A stretch of 64,000 nucleotides of DNA from an uncultured Alphaproteobacteria bacterium (GTDB taxonomy: Bacteria > Pseudomonadota > Alphaproteobacteria > UBA7985): the NCBI GenBank assembly GCA_905479265.1, contig CAJQLX010000006.1, positions 2,621 to 66,620 of the forward strand, read 5' to 3'. The notes beneath the pieces are model-generated. The model saw only the letters and a list, made by a program, of their open reading frames with translations. It ran no database searches and was not told the DNA's origin. The position numbers and the translations under genes were made by a program. Within the stretch, counting starts at the first letter, position 1; the number at the start of each line of letters is the position of its first letter. This document shows positions 58,245 through 64,000 of this stretch, piece by piece.

Positions 58245-59573
58245 TTAGGCTCCTTCCATCAGGCTGGTGTGAATGTCTTCAGCAGCATCGCGGCCTTGGG
58301 CCACGGCTGTCACGGTCAAGTCATCGCCGCCCGTCGCGCAATCGCCACCGGCCCAAACGCCGGCCATTGATGTCCGACCCAGATCGTCAATCGCAATCTT
58401 GCCGCGGACGAGTTTCAGCGCAGTAACTTGGTCTTCGGTGAGTGTTTGTCCGATCGCTGTGAGCACCTGATCGGCAGGTAAAACAAACGTTTCACTGCTC
58501 ACGTGCAGACCATCGTCGCCACTGACGGTGTAGGCGAACTCGACACCGCCGCCCTTTATGCCCAGCGGCGCGGCATTGGTAATGATCCGAACGCCCGATG
58601 CCGCAGCATGGTTCTGCTCATGCTCCGAGGCTGCCATTTTACCCTGCTCGCGGCGATAGACGATCGTAACGTCTTCGGCACCAAGCAGTTTGGACTGAAC
58701 CGCGGCATCAACCGCCGTCATGCCGCCGCCAATCACCACGACACGGCGGCCAACGGCAATCTTGCCGAGGTCGTCGGCTTGGCGCAGATCCTCAATGAAA
58801 TCAACCGCCGGCAGCACGCTCTCACCCTCAAACCCGAGCGCGTTAACGCCGCCCAGTCCGATCGAGAGAAATACCGCGTCAAACTCGGACTGCAGGCCAT
58901 CCAGTGACACGTTTGAGCCTAAGGCCTTGCCGTTCTCTACGGTGATGCCGCCGATACCCAGCAACCAGTCGAATTCTTCCTGCGCAAAACCATCAACCGT
59001 CTTGTATGCGGCGATACCATATTCGTTCAGGCCGCCAGACTTGGGGCGCGATTCGTAAAGTGTGACGGCATGCCCGTGCTTGGCGAGCCGGTGCGCGGCT
59101 GCGAGCCCTGCGGGACCAGCACCAACAACGGCAACAGATTTCCCAGTCGATGCAGCCCTTCTATAGGGGTGCTCCGGGCGCTCCATGAGCTTGTCGGTCG
59201 CAAATCGCTGCAGCGCACCGATCTCGACCGGCTTCTGCTCGGCCAGTTCCCGGACGCAGGCCTCTTCACACAAGGTTTCGGTCGGGCAGACCCGGGCGCA
59301 CATGCCGCCCAGAATGTTGCTGTCAAAGATCGTCATGGCCGCAGCTTCGGGCGTTCCCGTTGCGATTTGACGAATAAACAGGGGAATATCAATGCTGGTG
59401 GGACACGCCTGAATACAAGGCGCATCGTAACAGAAGTAGCACCGGTCAGCGGCCACTTGAGCTTCGTGCAAATCAAGTGGCGGGTGGACGTCGCAAAAGT
59501 TATCGCTCAACGTCTCTTCATCGAGACGCCCAGCGCTGATGCCGTCCTGATAGATGGGGGGCAGTTCAGTCAT
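58245..59573 (-). CDS. preT: Dihydropyrimidine dehydrogenase subunit PreT (GltD-like)
   Basis: RCYFCYDAPC...CP, CARVCP...CE..C, GAGPAG, IGGGMTAVD, AGGDC; adjacent to preA. Confidence 0.92.
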   Translation of the reverse strand: MTELPPIYQDGISAGRLDEETLSDNFCDVHPPLDLHEAQVAADRCYFCYDAPCIQACPTSIDIPLFIRQIATGTPEAAAMTIFDSNILGGMCARVCPTETLCEEACVRELAEQKPVEIGALQRFATDKLMERPEHPYRRAASTGKSVAVVGAGPAGLAAAHRLAKHGHAVTLYESRPKSGGLNEYGIAAYKTVDGFAQEEFDWLLGIGGITVENGKALGSNVSLDGLQSEFDAVFLSIGLGGVNALGFEGESVLPAVDFIEDLRQADDLGKIAVGRRVVVIGGGMTAVDAAVQSKLLGAEDVTIVYRREQGKMAASEHEQNHAAASGVRIITNAAPLGIKGGGVEFAYTVSGDDGLHVSSETFVLPADQVLTAIGQTLTEDQVTALKLVRGKIAIDDLGRTSMAGVWAGGDCATGGDDLTVTAVAQGRDAAEDIHTSLMEGA

Positions 59574-59848
59574 GGAACATAGCACTTTGTTGCCTAAAAA
59601 AAGCAACGCTGACATGCCAAACGCAATTAGGCAAGTCCAAGAGTGTCACTGCAGCACGCGACGCCCAATAAGAAAGCGCCGCGCCATTTAATCAGGCAAA
59701 GTATACTTAGTGCAGCCCAGATTTTTATATTTAGGCCATCGCCAGCCTGACTAAACCAGGTTCCAGATCGTCTGGTCAGGCCGAAACAACCCATCCTGCG
59801 TAAGGCTCAGAATGGGAAAACGGTAATTGAGCCCACGTTCCGTAAAAG

Positions 59849-60874
59849 CTAGCGAGCGCCTCGGTTGTAACCAACAATATCGACGAGCTCTGAGGCGCGG
59901 GCGCGCAGGTCACCAATGGCGTTGAGGTCGCGCTTATCCGGGTTAAAGGTGCCAAAACTTGCCACCACGTCGGATACGCGGGCGCCTTCGAGAACAGGAT
60001 ATTCAAACACTTGCTCAGCGTAGATTGCCTGCGCCTCCGCCGTGGTTAAAAACTCCATCAAGGCCAGGGCTTCGGCGTGGTTTGGCGCGTGCTTTGCCAT
60101 GGCCATACCGGATACATTCACGTGGCTGCCGCGCCCTTCGTTGTTCGGGAACAAAACCTTAAGGGACGCGCGCCATTCTTTTTGCTCCGGCTCTTTCTCG
60201 TTGGTTTCCATCAGCCCGACATAATAGGTGTTGCCGATGCCCAGATCGCACTCGCCCGAATAGATGCCTTTTGCTTGTGCGCGGTCGTTGCCCTCAGGCT
60301 TGCGGGCCAAGTTGTCGCGCAGACCTTCGAGCCATGCCGTTGCGCCCTCTTCACCCAATTCGTCGATCATTGAGGCGAACAAGGCGATATTGTAACCGTG
60401 CTGTCCTGAACGCGTACAAATCCGGCCCTTCCACTTTGGATCGGCCAGTTCTTCATAGGTGATAACGTCAACATCAACACGATCCTTGGCGGCGTAAACC
60501 ACCCGTCCTCGCTTGGTTAAACCAAACCATTGGTTTTCATTGTCGCGGAAACCCGCTGGGATGTTGGCGGTGATAACGTCCGATACAACAGGTTGCGTCA
60601 CGCCTTCATCAACGAAGCTAATCAGACCACCGATATCCGTCGTCAGCATAACATCAGCCGGCGAACCCCGGCCCTCGGCGACCACACGGTCAACCAAGCC
60701 CTTCTTCAAAAACAAAACCTCTGTGTCGATGCCTGTCTTTGCCGTAAAGGCGTCCAACACCGGCTCAATCAAATCAATCTGGCGTGTGGAATAGATGTTT
60801 ACGCTCTGCGCTTGCGCGCTCAAGGCAAGACCAAGGACGGCCCCGGCTACAAGGCTACTTAAAACGAATTTCAT
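59849..60874 (-). CDS. Fe(III) ABC transporter substrate-binding protein (FutA/FbpA-like), stand-alone
   Basis: Signal peptide AQA-Q, VNIYSTR, EG..SPADV, ICTRSG.H.YN, GNTYY tandem Tyr ligands, FEYP. Confidence 0.9.
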   Translation of the reverse strand: MKFVLSSLVAGAVLGLALSAQAQSVNIYSTRQIDLIEPVLDAFTAKTGIDTEVLFLKKGLVDRVVAEGRGSPADVMLTTDIGGLISFVDEGVTQPVVSDVITANIPAGFRDNENQWFGLTKRGRVVYAAKDRVDVDVITYEELADPKWKGRICTRSGQHGYNIALFASMIDELGEEGATAWLEGLRDNLARKPEGNDRAQAKGIYSGECDLGIGNTYYVGLMETNEKEPEQKEWRASLKVLFPNNEGRGSHVNVSGMAMAKHAPNHAEALALMEFLTTAEAQAIYAEQVFEYPVLEGARVSDVVASFGTFNPDKRDLNAIGDLRARASELVDIVGYNRGAR

Positions 60875-60913
60875 AATTCCTGGTTCCATTAGGTTTTGGT
60901 GTGGTGTGATCGA

Positions 60914-61132
60914 GTACTAAAACCAGACTTCGCTCATCGTCAATCATTATCGTACCGTTTTGGTCCTCTATCATGCAGGTTCGAGGTCAATACCGTGCTT
61001 TACCAGTTCTGAAATTTTTCTTAACACTATAGAAAAACTCCGTAAACATCTGTTTAGAAACGTTTCTTTTACATTTATACATTCCCAAAAAATAATCTGT
61101 TTCAGTTGTAAAAAACAGGACCAAAACAGTAC
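60914..61132. promoter_or_regulatory. Candidate Rrf2-family (IscR/iron-Rhodo-type) operator boxes in AT-rich region upstream of Fe-binding protein
   Basis: GTACCGTTTTGGTCCT (60952-60967) and near-perfect inverse AGGACCAAAACAGTAC (61117-61132); related GTACTAAAACCAGAC (60914-60928). Confidence 0.45.
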
Positions 61133-61153
61133 ACTTATTTAGTATTGCTCGGC

Positions 61154-61747
61154 TTAATCCTCTAACTGTGCGAGAATCAAGACGAAGGGATCAACGCTTC
61201 CCGATAACCCCTTTTCCGCGCCTTCTTTCACGTGGAGAATCTCAAAACCACGGTCAATCAGCATGAGTTCAAACTCGCTGCGGGAGAAATAAAGGTAGTG
61301 ACGCCCCATGCCATCTCGTGATGCACCTTGTCCCGTTTTCATGCCGAGATGAAAGGTTCCGCCGGGCTTCAGCGCTTTTTGGATGGCGTCGAGATGGCTT
61401 GGAAGCTCCGCCGGATCAGCGTGCAGCAACGCAAAGTTTGCCCAGATGCCGTCAAAGGTGTCTGTCTGGTCCAACCAATCAAAACCCGCATGGACCGCCG
61501 TAACCTTTGGGATCTTTTGCACCAGAGAGATCATGCCCTCCGAGGCGTCTAGCGCGGTTACGTCCAACCCGGCGACGGCCATGTTTCGCGCAGCCTCGCC
61601 CGGTCCGCATCCAAAATCTAAAACGCGTCCATGCGGGGCGACGGCGTTTATGAACCGCAGAAGCGACGCTGTAGGCGTCAAGGTGTGAGTCAGTTTTGCG
61701 TAGTCCTGATACTTGGCGTCGTAGACGGCGATGGTTTCGCGATCCAT
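61154..61747 (-). CDS. Class I SAM-dependent methyltransferase
   Basis: VLDFGCGPG, LDAS, FDGIWANFALLH, LKPGG; GGAGGA RBS. Confidence 0.9.
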   Translation of the reverse strand: MDRETIAVYDAKYQDYAKLTHTLTPTASLLRFINAVAPHGRVLDFGCGPGEAARNMAVAGLDVTALDASEGMISLVQKIPKVTAVHAGFDWLDQTDTFDGIWANFALLHADPAELPSHLDAIQKALKPGGTFHLGMKTGQGASRDGMGRHYLYFSRSEFELMLIDRGFEILHVKEGAEKGLSGSVDPFVLILAQLED

Positions 61748-61886
61748 GTTTGTGGTTCCTCCCTCAATCAACCTTAGCGTAACGCAAGATCGCACAATTC
61801 AAAACATCGGGTGAAAACGGGCTTGCTCCAACAATCCTTCCTGCGCCAGTGTGAGGCACCTCATCCTTTGGCTACAGGCAGAACCC

Positions 61887-62666
61887 ATGTCGCTTGAAAC
61901 AATCGTCGACCTTCAACGCCACCCGCTCAGCGATGGCAGTTTCCGCGCAGCGTCCAAGCAGGCGCTAGACCAGAATGGGGTTTTGGCTTTGAGTGGATTC
62001 TTGCAACCGGCAACACTGGCGGCTTTAGTCGCAGAAGCGAAGCGCAATGAAGATCAGGCGTTTTTCGCGAGCTCCACGCACAATGTCTATCTGACGCCGC
62101 CCGATCAACGCCTTGCCAGCGACCATGTCTTCAACCGTCAAGTCATCTCGACCAAGGGCTGTATTTGCGATGATCAGGTCGAAGAACTTTCGCCGCTGCG
62201 GCAGCTTTATAATGCCCCCGCGTTTCAGGCGTTTCTTTGCGCGGTTTTGGGCGAAGTTGCTCTCCACCCCTACGCTGACCCACTCAGCAGCATCAACATT
62301 CACTACGCCCCGGCGGGCAAAGAACTGGGTTGGCATTTCGATAATTCAGAATTCGCCATTACCCTTCTGCTGCAAAAGCCCACCGGCGGCGGCGCCTATG
62401 AATACATCAAAGATCTACGGGATGCGGAACAGGGTGAAATGAACTTCGCGGGCGTGGAGGCTGCGCTTGATGGCCGGTTAGAGCCAGTTGGCTTGGACAT
62501 TCAGCCCGGTACGCTTGTTCTCTTCCGTGGCCGCAATGCCCTGCACCGTGTCACGCCAACCCAGGGCGATATCACCCGCTATTTGGTCGTTCTGGCTTAC
62601 AACGGTGAACCGGGAGTTGAGTTGTCCGAAAGTGCGCGTCAGACGTTCTATGGTCGTGTGCGCTAA
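61887..62666 (+). CDS. 2OG-Fe(II) oxygenase, HalD/BesD-related fold with HxD motif
   Basis: LGWHFD, LLLQKP..GG.YEY, FRGRNALHRVTP, R..VLAY. Confidence 0.75.
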   Translation: MSLETIVDLQRHPLSDGSFRAASKQALDQNGVLALSGFLQPATLAALVAEAKRNEDQAFFASSTHNVYLTPPDQRLASDHVFNRQVISTKGCICDDQVEELSPLRQLYNAPAFQAFLCAVLGEVALHPYADPLSSINIHYAPAGKELGWHFDNSEFAITLLLQKPTGGGAYEYIKDLRDAEQGEMNFAGVEAALDGRLEPVGLDIQPGTLVLFRGRNALHRVTPTQGDITRYLVVLAYNGEPGVELSESARQTFYGRVR

Positions 62667-64000
62667 GACAGCGCTTGAAGGCTGAGAAAAGCCGCGCAAA
62701 TCACGACGATATTGACGAGCGAAAACGGCAAGTTCAGCCGCCACGCGATGCGGAAGTTTGAAATCTCTGTCATTCGACTCATCAGGATCGACGATGCCGA
62801 AACCGGCGAAGCGTTGGTTCCCGTCCCCCACAACGCCATCATCATCACCGCAAACTGCCACGCCTCCAACCCCAGGTCAGCTGGCACAAACAACGTGGTG
62901 AGCAGGATAACAGAAACCAGCGGGTGCATTCCCAAAACACAAATGAGGAAGAAACCAAGAATACAAGCGACCAACACCGCAGGCTCGGGCCAATTCAGCA
63001 GCGCACTCAGGCTCTGTCCCGTCTCCCCCAAGCGCTGCGCCAACACGATCTGAATGCCGATCGCAAAGACATTCGCCGCTGCGAAAAGCAGCGCTTCACC
63101 CCGTAGGTTGGGGTACTGTTGAAAGACTTGCGCGATGCTCTTCAGCGGTCCATGCGCCAAAGCGCCTACCTCGCGCCGGATCATCAATGCCCATGCTAAG
63201 CCAAAAACAGGCGCCGTCAGCGCCAAAGCCACGGGAATGCTGAGGCCGAAACCGCCTACGGCCACCGCCAACCCTGAAAACAAGGCAAAAATGATCAGCG
63301 CGGCACGAACAACGGTTTGCCGATAGCCCAAGCGCAACGCCAGCGGCTCACGGGCGAGCAGCAGCGCTCGCGCCTTGCCCGCGCTGGGGTCCAAACGGCG
63401 ATATACGCCGTCAAACAGCCATTGCGCAGTGACCAGCATCCCCCCAAGGATAAAACCGCCCAAGCCGACGTCGGTCCAGCGGACGCCCTCAACACTGGCC
63501 AGAATGACCGCCGTTCCGACAAACAAAGGCGACCACGACGTTGCCAGCATAAACCCCTTCGATACCGCCTGCAGAAGGCGTTCGCGCAAGGGCTGGGGCG
63601 TGGCAGGGTCAACCAGCGGCGCCATCAAACCAAAAGCGGCAATATTAAAGGCCGATCCGAGAACGTAGGCCACTGACATGATGGACACCGAGCGTGAACC
63701 GCTTGGCATCCGCATGACTCTTTCGCGGAGTTCCAGCAAAGACGGGCTTTGGGTGGCTTGCACCTGTAACCAAACAATCGAGGCAAACAGCAGCAAGTAC
63801 TGAAGGTTCCGGGCCAATCCCTCGTAAAGCACCTGAACCGCGCCAAGGCCTAAGCCCTGCACCGACACAATCGCGATCAGCCCAAAAACAAACAACGCCG
63901 CTGACGTCCAAATCTGCAGTCGCTTGATGGACCGCAGTTCTAGCGCCAAAAACACCAGCATGGCGGTCACACCAAAGGCCGTTGCACTCTGTTTGACCCA
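62663..64000 (-). CDS. Multi-pass membrane protein (putative transporter); 5' end probably beyond window
   Basis: More than 10 hydrophobic segments, WSPLF and GMHPLV motifs; frame stays open to the window edge. Confidence 0.7.
   Translation of the reverse strand, partial: WVKQSATAFGVTAMLVFLALELRSIKRLQIWTSAALFVFGLIAIVSVQGLGLGAVQVLYEGLARNLQYLLLFASIVWLQVQATQSPSLLELRERVMRMPSGSRSVSIMSVAYVLGSAFNIAAFGLMAPLVDPATPQPLRERLLQAVSKGFMLATSWSPLFVGTAVILASVEGVRWTDVGLGGFILGGMLVTAQWLFDGVYRRLDPSAGKARALLLAREPLALRLGYRQTVVRAALIIFALFSGLAVAVGGFGLSIPVALALTAPVFGLAWALMIRREVGALAHGPLKSIAQVFQQYPNLRGEALLFAAANVFAIGIQIVLAQRLGETGQSLSALLNWPEPAVLVACILGFFLICVLGMHPLVSVILLTTLFVPADLGLEAWQFAVMMMALWGTGTNASPVSASSILMSRMTEISNFRIAWRLNLPFSLVNIVVICAAFLSLQALS

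Noticed and set aside
61053..61070. TTTAGAAACGTTTCTTTT as Irr ICE box
   Set aside because: Only the left half matches TTTAGAA-N3-TTCTAAA; spacing and right arm are off
1..64000. CRISPR arrays, IS elements, prophage or defence systems
   Set aside because: No regularly spaced direct repeats, and no transposase, integrase, nuclease or phage structural motifs seen by eye

Overview
Gene-dense chromosomal segment of an alphaproteobacterium, probably marine (gcrA, sul1-type RNA, Roseobacter-type tpa, TIGR01244 sulfurtransferase). There are about 60 CDSs and one tRNA-Arg(TCT). I found no transposase, integrase, phage gene or CRISPR array. Metabolic content: partial fused indolepyruvate oxidoreductase, deoD, Ntn acylase, sat/cysC, cysQ, tpa, long-form GAPDH, thiolase, SulP-USP, a complete reductive pyrimidine degradation operon with ABC transporter, and an Fe(III)-binding protein. 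Most interesting: (1) a self-contained Vibrio-like signalling locus of FIST/NosP sensor, cytoplasmic hybrid kinase with a fused Hpt, and a divergent LuxO-like sigma-54 activator. It has a candidate sigma-54 promoter for the sensor operon and Glu at the LuxO autoinhibitory linker glycine. (2) Two tandem paralogous secreted helical proteins of no family I recognise, each with a CX8C motif, a sigma-54 -24/-12 promoter and a downstream hairpin. (3) A palindromic pair of GcrA-type TGATTCG methylation motifs upstream of gcrA. (4) Several orphan catabolic modules: dipeptidase-like/560-aa unknown/DUF3726/Ldh; FSA-type aldolase + FrhB-like; AMDase-like + sulfotransferase-like; a solitary Tat Rieske protein. 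All family calls come from motifs read by eye, without database searches.
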